This document shows, piece by piece, positions 39,692-49,697 of a DNA stretch of 60,146 nucleotides. Positions within the stretch are counted from its first letter, which is position 1. Each line of letters begins with the position of its first letter. The notes beneath the pieces are model-generated. The model saw only the letters and a program-made list of their open reading frames with translations, searched no databases and was not told the DNA's origin. The position numbers were made by a program, and so were the translations under genes. Origin of the DNA: Fidelibacterota bacterium (GTDB lineage: Bacteria; Fidelibacterota; Fidelibacteria; Fidelibacterales; DSDE01); the NCBI GenBank assembly GCA_046735395.1, contig JBJKQR010000009.1, positions 1-60,146 of the forward strand, written 5' to 3'.

Positions 39692-40737
39692 AAAATTTAC
39701 GCTTGATTATGGCACTGCGTCTGCTGCTGCTCTTTCTGATATCGGGTTCATTGAATCAGCTGCTGCCGGCATACCGGGCCTACGGGAATTCGGTATTTTC
39801 GCTGAGCGCCAGTCCGGTTTACGAAGCCTTCGGCCCCATGGCGGGACTGCTGACCAGTGGCAGTGAGAATGCCGGTGTGAATGCGCTGGCGCTGAATGAC
39901 GGCCGTGGCCGGAATTTTTATCTGTCCCAGGCCTTATGGTATGCCAATGCCCTGAACTCGACGACCGGAGCCTTTTCCTTTCAGCTGCAGGATAAACGGC
40001 AGGTGGCGGTCATGCTGTCACGCATCAGCCTGGGAAATGTGGCGGACTCGCGGGGAGCGCTTCTGGATTATGGCGCGGACGGTCTGCCGGCAACCTTTGA
40101 TGAGGGGGAGGGGAACGGACGCCTTGACCCGGGTGAACGGCTGAATTATGATAATGTGACCATCCATTCACTGGAAAATTACTGTGTGACGGTGGCTTTT
40201 CCCTTTCAGTTCAAATCTCTTCAATTGGGCGTCAGCAGCCGCTTCATGATGCAGGACCTGCTGGCAGCCAGAGGGTATGGCCTGGCCTTTGATCTCTATT
40301 TTCAGAAAAAATGGAAACGGCTGCAGGGACTGTTCAAAATCTCCGACCTGCCTTCCGGGGTCAATTGGTTTGACAACGGGCACTTTGAAATGACGGTTCC
40401 GGCCGCAGAAGCCTCATTTGTACTGCCGATTACGGTGGCGAAGCTGACGCTGCGTCCCGGCCTGTCGGGGCGGTTCACGCCCGGGATCCGTTACATGGAT
40501 GCGGTGGATCTGGGATCTGCCGGCTCTCTGGATCTGTCGGGAGGGCTGGATCTGAAAATCGGGCAGCGCTTTTCTCTCGGCGGAGCCTGGTTTCAGGGGA
40601 CGGGGGTCAAACTGGCTTCGACGCTGGAACTGAATGGATTTACACTCGAATATGCCTGGCGCGGAAACCGGGATGCTCTCGGTATGTCGCATGTCTTTGC
40701 GCTGAAATTTGATCTGAATGAATTATTGTCCGAATAA
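39688..40737 (+). CDS. Putative outer-membrane barrel (PorV/PorQ-like?) with Asp/Gly-rich insert
   Basis: Signal peptide, GYGLAFDL, alternating strands, LGMSHVFAL end; family call tentative. Confidence 0.55.
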   Translation: MKNLRLIMALRLLLLFLISGSLNQLLPAYRAYGNSVFSLSASPVYEAFGPMAGLLTSGSENAGVNALALNDGRGRNFYLSQALWYANALNSTTGAFSFQLQDKRQVAVMLSRISLGNVADSRGALLDYGADGLPATFDEGEGNGRLDPGERLNYDNVTIHSLENYCVTVAFPFQFKSLQLGVSSRFMMQDLLAARGYGLAFDLYFQKKWKRLQGLFKISDLPSGVNWFDNGHFEMTVPAAEASFVLPITVAKLTLRPGLSGRFTPGIRYMDAVDLGSAGSLDLSGGLDLKIGQRFSLGGAWFQGTGVKLASTLELNGFTLEYAWRGNRDALGMSHVFALKFDLNELLSE

Positions 40738-40883
40738 TGCAATTGCCCTGAATGGCAGAACCGAAATCCGGAGGACGAATTTCTTCCATGGAGTGCAGAA
40801 ATCGAAAAATGAAAATGACTGGGTGAAAAAAGCTGTGCAAAAGGCGGCAGTGGCGAAAAAATTCTTTTTGTATCTTACATATA

Positions 40884-40896
40884 AATCAATAAATTA
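40884..40896 (+). promoter_or_regulatory. IHF-consensus match in the thrS upstream region
   Basis: AATCAA-TAAA-TTA fits WATCAANNNNTTR inside an AT-rich patch. Confidence 0.3.
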
Positions 40897-40995
40897 CGTG
40901 CTGTTTTTGGACGAATGCGCAATGCTGAAGGCCGGAAACGTAAATAGGGAAGTGGATGTCCGGAAAGCGTAAAATACACTTACACGAGTTGATAA

Positions 40996-42915
40996 ATGAC
41001 TGAGAATATTACGGTTAAATTACCTGACGGATCGGTAAAAAGTTTTGAAAAAGGACAGAGCGCCCACGATGTGGCCCTGTCGATTTCTGAAGGATTGGCA
41101 AGAAATTCTGTGGCGGCCCGGGTGAACGGGCAGGTCGTGGATCTGCATCGGCCTCTGAATGAGGATGCTGTGGTGGAGCTGTTGACATGGAAATCCGACG
41201 AAAGTCACGAGATTCTGCTGCACAGCACGGCTCATGTCATGGCCCAGGCGGTGAAACGGCTCTATCCCCAGGCAAAGGTCACCATCGGCCCGGCTCTGGA
41301 AAACCGCTTCTACTACGATTTTGACATGGAGCCGCCTTTCACGGAGGAGGATCTGTCTGCAATCGAAGCTGAAATGAAGAAGATTGTGGAAGAAAAGAAT
41401 CCGGTGGTCCGCCGTGAAATGGATCGGGATGACGCGGTGGCGCTGTTCCGGGACATGGGTGAACATTACAAAGTTGAAATTATTTCCGATATTCCTGCAG
41501 GAGAAACGGTCACCGTTTATTCGCAGGGTGATTTTACAGATTTGTGCCGCGGGCCTCATCTGCCCAATACGGGCATGATACCCGCCTTCAAGCTGCTGAC
41601 CGTCGCCGGAGCCTACTGGCGGGGAGATCAGAAGAACCGGCAGCTGTCCCGCATCTACGGGACCGCCTTTCCCTCCGCCAAGGAACTGAAGCAGTACCTG
41701 CATCAGATGGAGGAGGCGAAGAAACGGGACCATCGCAAGCTGGGCCGGGATCTGGATCTGTTTGAGGTGAATGACCAGGTGGGTCAGGGGCTGGCTCTGT
41801 GGTACCCGAAAGGCGCCATCCTGCGCCGGACCATCGAGGATTACTGGTTCCGCGAACATCGTCGCCGGGGCTATCAGCCCGTCGTGTCGCCGCATGTGGG
41901 CAAGGGTACGCTGTGGGAAACCTCCGGACATCTGGGCTTCTACAAGGACAGCATGTATGCCGGGATGAATGTGGAAGGACAGGACTATTACATCAAACCG
42001 ATGAACTGTCCCTTTCATATCATGATTTACAACGGCCGTCAGCGGAGCTACCGTGAACTGCCGGTGCGCTTCGCCGAACTGGGAACCGTATACCGCTATG
42101 AACTGTCCGGTGCCCTGCACGGACTCATGAGAGTGCGCGGCTTCACTCAGGATGATGCGCATATTTTCTGTACCCATGAGCAGCTGGACGGAGAAGTCCG
42201 CGCCCTGCTGGATTTTTCCTTTGAATATCTGAAGAAATTCGGCTTCAATGAATTCGAGGTCTATCTCAGCACCAAACCCGCCGAAAAATTCGTCGGCGCG
42301 GAAGCGGACTGGGTCAAGGCGGAGGAAGCGCTGCATAATGCGATGACCACGATGGGCGTCGAATATAAGATTGATGAGGGCGGCGGCGCATTCTACGGCC
42401 CGAAAATCGACATCAAGATCAAGGATGCCATCGGACGCGTATGGCAGTGCACGACGATACAGTTTGACTTTAACGAACCGGAACGCTTCGATATCAGCTA
42501 TATCGGTCAGGATGGTGCCCAGCATCGTCCCTTGATGATCCACCGGGCCATCATGGGGTCGCTGGAACGGTTCATCGGAATCCTGATCGAGGATACGGCC
42601 GGCGATTTTCCGCTGTGGCTTGCCCCGGTACAGCTTCGTTTTCTTCCCATTGCGGACCGGCATCTGCCCTTCTGCAGAGAGATGGCCGTGGAGCTGGAGG
42701 AGCTTGGCTTCCGCGTGGATATTGATGAACGGCAGGAAAAGATCGGAGCGAAAATCCGTGAAGCGGAAGTGAAGAAGGTTCCCTATATGCTGATTGTGGG
42801 GGACAAGGAGCTGGAAGAGAAGACATTCAGCCTGAGACAACACAAGGGCGGCGATCAGGGAAGTTATAATCTTGATGCCCTCGTTAAAAAATTGAATACA
42901 GAACGTAAATTCTGA
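40996..42915 (+). CDS. thrS: Threonine--tRNA ligase
   Basis: TGS domain, HSTAH, DLCRGPH, RDHRKLG, KPMNCP, RVRGFTQDDAH. Confidence 0.97.
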   Translation: MTENITVKLPDGSVKSFEKGQSAHDVALSISEGLARNSVAARVNGQVVDLHRPLNEDAVVELLTWKSDESHEILLHSTAHVMAQAVKRLYPQAKVTIGPALENRFYYDFDMEPPFTEEDLSAIEAEMKKIVEEKNPVVRREMDRDDAVALFRDMGEHYKVEIISDIPAGETVTVYSQGDFTDLCRGPHLPNTGMIPAFKLLTVAGAYWRGDQKNRQLSRIYGTAFPSAKELKQYLHQMEEAKKRDHRKLGRDLDLFEVNDQVGQGLALWYPKGAILRRTIEDYWFREHRRRGYQPVVSPHVGKGTLWETSGHLGFYKDSMYAGMNVEGQDYYIKPMNCPFHIMIYNGRQRSYRELPVRFAELGTVYRYELSGALHGLMRVRGFTQDDAHIFCTHEQLDGEVRALLDFSFEYLKKFGFNEFEVYLSTKPAEKFVGAEADWVKAEEALHNAMTTMGVEYKIDEGGGAFYGPKIDIKIKDAIGRVWQCTTIQFDFNEPERFDISYIGQDGAQHRPLMIHRAIMGSLERFIGILIEDTAGDFPLWLAPVQLRFLPIADRHLPFCREMAVELEELGFRVDIDERQEKIGAKIREAEVKKVPYMLIVGDKELEEKTFSLRQHKGGDQGSYNLDALVKKLNTERKF

Positions 42916-42925
42916 AGGAGATCTT

Positions 42926-43441
42926 ATTTCTAAAAAAGAACAGCCGATGGCTATTAATCAGGAAATTACTGCTCAACAGGTAAGACTCATTGCCGGGTCT
43001 GGTGAGCAGCTTGGCATCGTAAGCATACAAGAGGCGCTGCAAGAAGCTGAGAAAAGCGGGTTGGACCTGGTGGAAATTTCCCCCAGTGCGACTCCCCCTG
43101 TATGCAAGTTGCTTGATTACGGTAAATACAAATATCAACAACACAAGCGCGAGAAGGAAAACAAGAAGAAGCAGCATGTTGTACAGCTGAAGGAAATCCG
43201 TTTCCGCCCCGGCACGGAAATACACGATCTGGAGACCAAAGCCAAGAAAATACGGGGTTTTCTGGATACGGGCAACAAGGTGAAGATCACCGTGATGTAC
43301 CGTGGCCGGGAAATGGCCCACAAGGAATTTGGCCAGCAGACGCTTCAGCAGATCATTGATATGCTTGCTGACATCGCGAAGCCGGAAAGCGACCCCAAAA
43401 TGGAAGGTCGTTTTCTGTCTGCCATTCTCGTCACCAAATAG
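42926..43441 (+). CDS. infC: Translation initiation factor IF-3 (probable ATT start)
   Basis: INQEI, LDLVEI, PPVCKLLDYGKY; AAGGAG SD 5 nt before an in-frame ATT at 42926. Confidence 0.95.
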   Translation: MSKKEQPMAINQEITAQQVRLIAGSGEQLGIVSIQEALQEAEKSGLDLVEISPSATPPVCKLLDYGKYKYQQHKREKENKKKQHVVQLKEIRFRPGTEIHDLETKAKKIRGFLDTGNKVKITVMYRGREMAHKEFGQQTLQQIIDMLADIAKPESDPKMEGRFLSAILVTK

Positions 43442-43456
43442 GAAAAGGAGCAATCC

Positions 43457-43651
43457 ATGCCCAAAATGAAAACGAATCGCGGGGCAAAAAAGCGGTTCAA
43501 AGCACTCGCCTCCGGGAAGATCAAGAGGATGAAGGCCTACAAGAGTCACATTCTCACCAAGAAATCAACGAAGAGAAAGCGGAATCTCCGGACTGCAACG
43601 CTGGTGAAATCCACTGAAATGAAACGTGTCAAGAAGATGTTAGGTCTGTAG
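43457..43651 (+). CDS. rpmI: 50S ribosomal protein L35
   Basis: [21 protein letters not shown]. Confidence 0.97.
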   Translation: MPKMKTNRGAKKRFKALASGKIKRMKAYKSHILTKKSTKRKRNLRTATLVKSTEMKRVKKMLGL

Positions 43652-43663
43652 GAGGAGAGCATC

Positions 43664-44011
43664 ATGCCCAGAGCAAAAAGTACTGTACCGCGCCATCGGC
43701 GCCATAAAAAAATTCTGAAGATGGCCAAAGGGTATTTCGGTGCCCGCCATCGGCTTTTCAAGACTGCGAAGGAAGCGGTTCAGCGGTCCGGGCAATACGC
43801 CTATCGTGACCGCCGACAGAAAAAACGGAACTTCCGTCAGTTGTGGATCACGCGTATCAATGCCGCTGTCCGTCAGCATGGCATGAGCTATTCGCGCTTC
43901 ATCCACGCACTGCAGACGAAGAATATCGTCATCAACCGGAAGGTTCTGAGCGATATGGCGATCCGGGATCCGGAAGCTTTCGCAAAACTTGTGGAATCAC
44001 TCAAAGCATAA
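43664..44011 (+). CDS. rplT: 50S ribosomal protein L20
   Basis: [31 protein letters not shown]. Confidence 0.97.
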   Translation: MPRAKSTVPRHRRHKKILKMAKGYFGARHRLFKTAKEAVQRSGQYAYRDRRQKKRNFRQLWITRINAAVRQHGMSYSRFIHALQTKNIVINRKVLSDMAIRDPEAFAKLVESLKA

Positions 44012-44025
44012 TTACCGGACTGGTA

Positions 44026-44052
44026 CCGCAGCCGTCTCGCCGGCGGCTGCGG
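44026..44052 (+). terminator. GC-rich hairpin after rplT (weak terminator or stabiliser)
   Basis: CCGCAGCCGTC-TCGCC-GGCGGCTGCGG; poor U-tract. Confidence 0.45.
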
Positions 44053-44133
44053 CCCGTTTCAATCAGAGTCAGCCTGCCGTGAAGACGAATGTCATCACCG
44101 CTGAAGCCACATAATGAAAAAATGATGCAGACT

Positions 44134-45150
44134 ATGGAAATTCAGGAAAAAATCGCAGAAATCCGCCGGCAGTTCAGCGAAGAGATCACGCAGCTCACGC
44201 CGGCCAAATTCAACGACTTCAAATCCCGCTTTCTGGGACGGAAGGGACAGGTCAACGATCTGTTCTCCGGACTGGGAAAGGCTTCCGCCGATCAGCGCAA
44301 GGAGCTGGGCCGGGTTATCAACGATCTGAAAAAAGATCTGGAAGATGCTCTGGACAGCTTTCAGCAGAAAAATGCCGAAGCGTCCCCGGCCGGACAGACC
44401 GCCGCTCCGGATCTGACGATGGATGCCTATCCGGTTCCGCTGGGAACCCGTCATCCGCTGACCCGGGCCATGGATGATATTATCCGTATCTTCAGCCGTC
44501 TCGGCTTCGATATCGCCTCGGGCTATGAAGTGGAAACGGACTGGTTCAATTTTGAATCCCTGAACTTTCCGCCCAATCATCCGGCGCGGGATATGCAGGA
44601 TACATTCTATATCGGTGCCGATACCCTGCTCCGGACTCACACCTCACCGGTGCAGACCCGCTATATGACAGCCCACAAGCCGCCGGTGCGCATTATTGCT
44701 CCCGGACGGGTGTACCGGAACGAGGCGATTTCCGCCCGCTCCTACTGTCTGTTCAACCAGATTGAAGGGCTGTATGTGGATGAAAATGTGTCCTTCAGTG
44801 ATCTGAAGACCACTCTGGATATGTTCTGCCGCATGTATTTCGGCCCCCAGGTGCGGACACGCTTCCGTACGTCCTTTTTTCCCTTTACCGAGCCGTCGGC
44901 GGAAATGGATGTAAGCTGTTTTCTCTGCGGCGGAAAAGGCTGCCGTGTCTGCAAGGATACGGGCTGGCTGGAAATCCTGGGCTGCGGAATGGTGGACCCG
45001 AATGTCTTCCGGTCCGTGGGTTACGATCCGGACAAAGTCAGCGGCTACGCCTTCGGAATGGGCGTTGAACGGATGACGATGATGAAACTGGGTGTTACAG
45101 ATATCCGGATGTTCTTCGATAATGATGTGGAATTTCTCAAGCAATTTTAA
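44134..45150 (+). CDS. pheS: Phenylalanine--tRNA ligase alpha subunit
   Basis: HPARDMQDTF, LRTHTSPVQ, FPFTEPSAE, GYAFGMGVER; start uncertain. Confidence 0.96.
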   Translation: MEIQEKIAEIRRQFSEEITQLTPAKFNDFKSRFLGRKGQVNDLFSGLGKASADQRKELGRVINDLKKDLEDALDSFQQKNAEASPAGQTAAPDLTMDAYPVPLGTRHPLTRAMDDIIRIFSRLGFDIASGYEVETDWFNFESLNFPPNHPARDMQDTFYIGADTLLRTHTSPVQTRYMTAHKPPVRIIAPGRVYRNEAISARSYCLFNQIEGLYVDENVSFSDLKTTLDMFCRMYFGPQVRTRFRTSFFPFTEPSAEMDVSCFLCGGKGCRVCKDTGWLEILGCGMVDPNVFRSVGYDPDKVSGYAFGMGVERMTMMKLGVTDIRMFFDNDVEFLKQF

Positions 45151-45174
45151 TATTCAAACGGTTGAAAAAGACGT

Positions 45175-47565
45175 ATGCGCATAATACTTGACTGGCTGAA
45201 AGAGACAATCGAATTTGATCAGAGCCCTGCCGCTCTTGCTGAAATGCTGACCCTGGCCGGCCTGGAGGCCGAACCGGTGGCCGATGCACCCGGAATACCC
45301 GATTCTGTCCGGGTGGGGAAGGTGCTGTCGGTGGAAAAGCATCCCGATGCGGACCGCCTGTCCGTATGTTCTGTGGACGTGGGCGGCGCCGAGCCGCTGC
45401 AGATCGTCTGCGGAGCTCCCAATGTGGCTGCCGGGCAGCGTGTGCCCGTGGCGACGGTGGGAACCGTGCTGGGTGAAGAATTCACGATCCGGAAATCGAA
45501 GATCCGGGGTGTGGCCAGTGAAGGAATGATCTGCGCGGAAGATGAACTGGGCCTTTCCGGAGACCACAGCGGCATTATGGTGCTGGGTGAAGACAGCGTC
45601 ATCGGATCCGCTTTCAATGAAAAATACCGGACACCGGATGTGCTGGAGGTGGAGCTGACGCCCAACCGTCCCGACTGTTTTTCTCACTGGGGTGTGATCC
45701 GGGAGATCGCGGCCCTCACCGGGAATTCCTACGCTTTTCAGGACGTGAAGGTGAATGAGACGGGACCGGACATCGCGACACTCACATCGGTGGAGATCCG
45801 TGATGCTCAGGCCTGTCCCCGCTATACAGCGCGGGTTATCCGCAATGTGAAGGTGGGCCCGTCACCGGAGTGGCTGCGGCAGCGTATCGAAGCGCTGGGA
45901 CTGCGCTCTGTCAATAATGTGGTGGATGCCTCCAATTATGTGCTGATGGAAACGGGACACCCGCTGCATACGTTTGATTTTGACAAGCTCGCCGGCCACA
46001 GAATTGTTGTGCGCAAGGCGGAGCGCGGCGAAAAATTCATGACACTGGATCACAGGGAACGGGAGCTTTCCGACGACGTCCTGCTCATCTGTGATGCGGA
46101 AAAACCGGTTGCGCTGGCCGGTATCATGGGCGGTTTTCACTCCGAAGTGGATGATAATACCGTCAATCTTCTCATTGAAAGCGCCTATTTCGATCCGGGA
46201 ACGGTGCGCAAGGGATCCAAACAGCAGCAGCTGTCCACCGATGCCTCGAAGCGGTTTGAAAGGGGAACGGATCCCAATCATACGCTGCTCTATTCACAGA
46301 ATCGTCTGGCGGCCCTCATCATGGAGCTGGCCGGTGGTGAAGCAGCCAGCGGAATCATTGATATTTATCCGGATGTGATTGAGGCGAAGACGGTCAGCCT
46401 GCGCTACAGCTATCTGAAAAAGATTGCCGGAATGGACATTGCGCCCTCCGTTTGCCTGAATATTTTCAAGGCGCTCGAATTTCAGGTACTCAGCAGTGAT
46501 GCTGACGGCCTCACCGTGAAGGTTCCCACCTTCCGGCCCGACATTGAGCGGGAAATTGACCTGGTCGAGGAAGTGCTGCGCCTCTATGGCTATGACAAGC
46601 TTCCCCAGCTCAGTCATATCAACATGTCCGTGTCGGAGGTCTGGAATCCGCTCTACGAATTCATGGATGATCTGCGCAATTATTTCTGCGGCCTGGGCTT
46701 CAATGAAACCTTTTCCAATTCTCTCATCAGCCTGGATCAGGCGAAAAAGGGCATCTGGGGTCATGAGCCGGTGGAAATCAGCAATCCTCTGAGCCAGGAA
46801 ATGTCCTGTCTCCGTTCCGATCTGCTGCAGAACCTGCTGACCAATTTCCGGTATAATGCCACCCGCAAACGGCAGCAGCTCCGGTTTTTTGAAATCGGAA
46901 CCGTGTTCGCAAAAAATTCACATCGTGATACAGGCGCCGCGGAAAGGCTGAATCTGGCCGCGCTCGTTTCTGCCTCGGTCTGGGATCTGAACTGGAATGA
47001 AAAGCCCCGGGATGCGGGAATTTACTATCTCAAGGGGATCGTCGATACACTTCTGCGCAAGTACGGCCTGGCCGCTGTAAGCTATACACAGACGCCACAT
47101 GATGATTTTGCCTATTTGTATACATTGACCGTCGGAAAGCGTAAACTGGGGTATATGGGACAGTATAAGGCATCCCTGCAGGAAAAATTTCAGATGAAGA
47201 CGCCGGTCGTGGCCTTCGAACTTGAAACGGAGGCACTTCAGGAACATTTTCGGGCGGCGCACACGCTGCAGCCCATTTCCCTGTACCCGGCCATTTACCG
47301 CGATATTTCGCTGGTTGTCCGGAAAAATATCCCTGCCGAGCTCCTGAAAAAGGATATTGTTCGCTCGGGAGGCAAAAACCTGATAGACATTGTAATTTAC
47401 GATGAATATATTAACAGCGATAGATTGGGAGAAGATAAGCATGCCCTGTCATTCCGGCTTAAATTTCAGAGTCAGGAAGGGACACTGGTGGATGAGGACA
47501 TCGATCCCGTCATGGAGAAGCTGTTTGGAATACTGTATGATAATCATGGAGCACAGCTGAGATAA
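45175..47565 (+). CDS. pheT: Phenylalanine--tRNA ligase beta subunit
   Basis: HPDADRL, IVCGAPN, TPNRPDC, RFERG, FDX-ACB C-terminus. Confidence 0.96.
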   Translation: MRIILDWLKETIEFDQSPAALAEMLTLAGLEAEPVADAPGIPDSVRVGKVLSVEKHPDADRLSVCSVDVGGAEPLQIVCGAPNVAAGQRVPVATVGTVLGEEFTIRKSKIRGVASEGMICAEDELGLSGDHSGIMVLGEDSVIGSAFNEKYRTPDVLEVELTPNRPDCFSHWGVIREIAALTGNSYAFQDVKVNETGPDIATLTSVEIRDAQACPRYTARVIRNVKVGPSPEWLRQRIEALGLRSVNNVVDASNYVLMETGHPLHTFDFDKLAGHRIVVRKAERGEKFMTLDHRERELSDDVLLICDAEKPVALAGIMGGFHSEVDDNTVNLLIESAYFDPGTVRKGSKQQQLSTDASKRFERGTDPNHTLLYSQNRLAALIMELAGGEAASGIIDIYPDVIEAKTVSLRYSYLKKIAGMDIAPSVCLNIFKALEFQVLSSDADGLTVKVPTFRPDIEREIDLVEEVLRLYGYDKLPQLSHINMSVSEVWNPLYEFMDDLRNYFCGLGFNETFSNSLISLDQAKKGIWGHEPVEISNPLSQEMSCLRSDLLQNLLTNFRYNATRKRQQLRFFEIGTVFAKNSHRDTGAAERLNLAALVSASVWDLNWNEKPRDAGIYYLKGIVDTLLRKYGLAAVSYTQTPHDDFAYLYTLTVGKRKLGYMGQYKASLQEKFQMKTPVVAFELETEALQEHFRAAHTLQPISLYPAIYRDISLVVRKNIPAELLKKDIVRSGGKNLIDIVIYDEYINSDRLGEDKHALSFRLKFQSQEGTLVDEDIDPVMEKLFGILYDNHGAQLR

Positions 47566-47765
47566 TGCAGTTGGATGTGCTGGAAAAGCTCGAAGAGAAA
47601 ATACATGCTTCGCTGAGTACCATTCGGCAGCTCAGGAGTGAGAATGCGGCGGCGTCGGAGGGAAGCGGATTGTCGGACGAGACACAGAATGTCGTCCGGG
47701 AAAAGCTTCAGGAGATGCTGCAATGGCTTGATGATCTGGATGACTTAATGAAATCGGAGGGGTGA
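47565..47765 (+). CDS. ZapB-like coiled-coil protein
   Basis: LEKLEEKI...IRQLRSEN; position between pheT and zapA. Confidence 0.65.
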   Translation: MQLDVLEKLEEKIHASLSTIRQLRSENAAASEGSGLSDETQNVVREKLQEMLQWLDDLDDLMKSEG

Positions 47766-47769
47766 ACCT

Positions 47770-48072
47770 GTGAGTGACCTGGCCGAAAATACGACCACCG
47801 TCAGCATCTACGGAGAAAAATACAGTATCCGTGGCAAGGCGGATTCCGGTTTCATTGAAAAGGTGGCCGACTATGTGGACAGCAAGATGCAGGAAGTAGG
47901 GGCGAACATCAGTTCGGCATCCGCACCGCACCGTATTGCCATCCTGGCCGCCCTGAACATTGCCGGAGAACTGTTTCAGACCATTGATGACCGGACAGAC
48001 ATTCTCGAGAAGCTGACAAAAAAATCTGAAGATCTTATCAGCGCCATAGACGAAACTCTCAGTGAAGGGTAG
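47770..48072 (+). CDS. zapA: Cell division protein ZapA
   Basis: VSIYGEKY, VADYVDSKM, AILAALNIA; GTG start with GGAGG SD. Confidence 0.9.
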   Translation: MSDLAENTTTVSIYGEKYSIRGKADSGFIEKVADYVDSKMQEVGANISSASAPHRIAILAALNIAGELFQTIDDRTDILEKLTKKSEDLISAIDETLSEG

Positions 48073-48128
48073 CGGCAGGAGCCCATACCTTTCACAAGCC
48101 CGTGGTTATCCTTTCTCAAGGAGGATAC

Positions 48129-49676
48129 ATGACAAGTAACACGATTTTGATTGTCGCCGGGGCCTTTGCCCTCGGTGTGGTGCTGGTGTATATATTTTAC
48201 CGGGTCAAACTGGGTAATATCAAAACACACGGATACGAAATTCTGGAAAACGCCCGCAAGGAGGGCGAAGCTCTGAAGAAGGAGCGACTGCTGGAAGCCA
48301 AGGATGAAAGCCTGAAGCTCAAGCAGCAGATTGAAGAGGAAAACCGGGTCAAGAGCCGGGAACTTCGGGATCTGGAAAAGGAATTCCAGAAGCGTGAAAG
48401 CAATATCGAACGCAAGATGGATATGCTGGACAGCCGCTATGAAAGCCTTCAGAACACGGAAGATTCCCTGAAGAAGCGGGAAAAGGAAGTGGAAGAACGC
48501 AGCGGTGAAGTGGATGAAATCATCCGGAATCAGAATCGCCGGCTGGAGGAAATCGCCGGGCTGAATTCGGATGATGCGAAGAAACTGCTCATGGAAAGCA
48601 TGTTTGAAAAGGCCCGCGTGGATGCCCAGCTGAAGATGAAGGAAATCAAGGACGAAGCGCTGATGAATGCCAACAAGAAGGCGCGGGAAATCGTCATCGA
48701 AGCCATACAGCGGTCAGCTGCGGATCATACGGCGGAAACGACGGTGACCTCCGTGCTGCTGCCCAGTGAACAGATGAAGGGGCGCATTATCGGTCGGGAA
48801 GGCCGGAATATCCGCCACTTCGAAACCCTCACGGGCGTGGAACTGATCGTGGATGATACGCCGGACACGGTGGTGCTCAGCGGTTTTGACCCTGTCCGCC
48901 GTGAAATCGCCCGGCTGGCTCTGGAAAAACTCATTCAGGACGGACGCATTCATCCTGCACGGATTGAGGAAATGATCAACAAGGCCAGCAAGGAAATCGA
49001 AGAATCCATCATGCAGGCCGCACAGGATGCGCTCATGGAACTGGGCCTGCCGCCCATGAACCAGGAGATGCTGCATCAGATCGGCCGTCTCCGCTACCGG
49101 ACCTCCTACGGACAGAATGTTCTGAAGCATTCCATCGAAGTGGGAATTCTCGCCGGCCTCATGGCCTCCGAACTGGGTCTGGACGGCCAGATGGCGAAAC
49201 GGGCCGGTTTTCTCCATGATATCGGCAAGGCGACGGACCGGAATGTGGAAGGGACGCATACGGCCATCGGCGGTGAAATTGCCCGCCGCAACAAGGAAAA
49301 CGCCATCGTTATCAATGCCATCGAAAGTCATCATAACGAAGTGGCTGTCACCCACCCCATTTCCGCACTGGTGCAGGCGGCGGATGCCATCAGCGGCAGC
49401 CGGCGCGGCGCCCGGGGACAGACACTCGAATCCTATATCCACCGCATGGAAAAGCTGGAGGAGATCTCCAACGGTTTCGCCGGTGTTGCTAAAACCTATG
49501 CGATTCAGGCCGGCCGGGAAGTCCGCGTCATGGTCGAGCAGGATAAACTGAACGATTATGATTCCGGACTGCTGGCGGATGAAATTGCCCAGAAGATCCA
49601 GAACGAGATGACCTATCCGGGACACATCAAAGTCACCGTGATCCGCGAACATCGTTCTGTTGCCTACGCAAAATAG
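48129..49676 (+). CDS. rny: Ribonuclease Y
   Basis: TM, coiled coil, KH (KGRIIGREGRNIR), HD (FLHDIGK); AAGGAGG SD before ATG 48129. Confidence 0.96.
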   Translation: MTSNTILIVAGAFALGVVLVYIFYRVKLGNIKTHGYEILENARKEGEALKKERLLEAKDESLKLKQQIEEENRVKSRELRDLEKEFQKRESNIERKMDMLDSRYESLQNTEDSLKKREKEVEERSGEVDEIIRNQNRRLEEIAGLNSDDAKKLLMESMFEKARVDAQLKMKEIKDEALMNANKKAREIVIEAIQRSAADHTAETTVTSVLLPSEQMKGRIIGREGRNIRHFETLTGVELIVDDTPDTVVLSGFDPVRREIARLALEKLIQDGRIHPARIEEMINKASKEIEESIMQAAQDALMELGLPPMNQEMLHQIGRLRYRTSYGQNVLKHSIEVGILAGLMASELGLDGQMAKRAGFLHDIGKATDRNVEGTHTAIGGEIARRNKENAIVINAIESHHNEVAVTHPISALVQAADAISGSRRGARGQTLESYIHRMEKLEEISNGFAGVAKTYAIQAGREVRVMVEQDKLNDYDSGLLADEIAQKIQNEMTYPGHIKVTVIREHRSVAYAK

Positions 49677-49697
49677 ACCCATGGAGTGAGGAAGACA

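Noticed and set aside
40738..40995. tRNA or T-box upstream of thrS; ORF 40718..40972
   Set aside because: No cloverleaf/TTCG arm, no T-box consensus or terminator; the ORF lacks coding features
41020..42843. 607-aa antisense ORF (likewise 1367..2647, 8145..9383, 17294..18520, 27574..29058 and others)
   Set aside because: Shadow frames opposite well-conserved genes; no recognisable motifs; expected from codon bias
48073..48128. 6S RNA, often found after zapA
   Set aside because: Only 56 nt between zapA and rny, too short for a ~180-nt RNA
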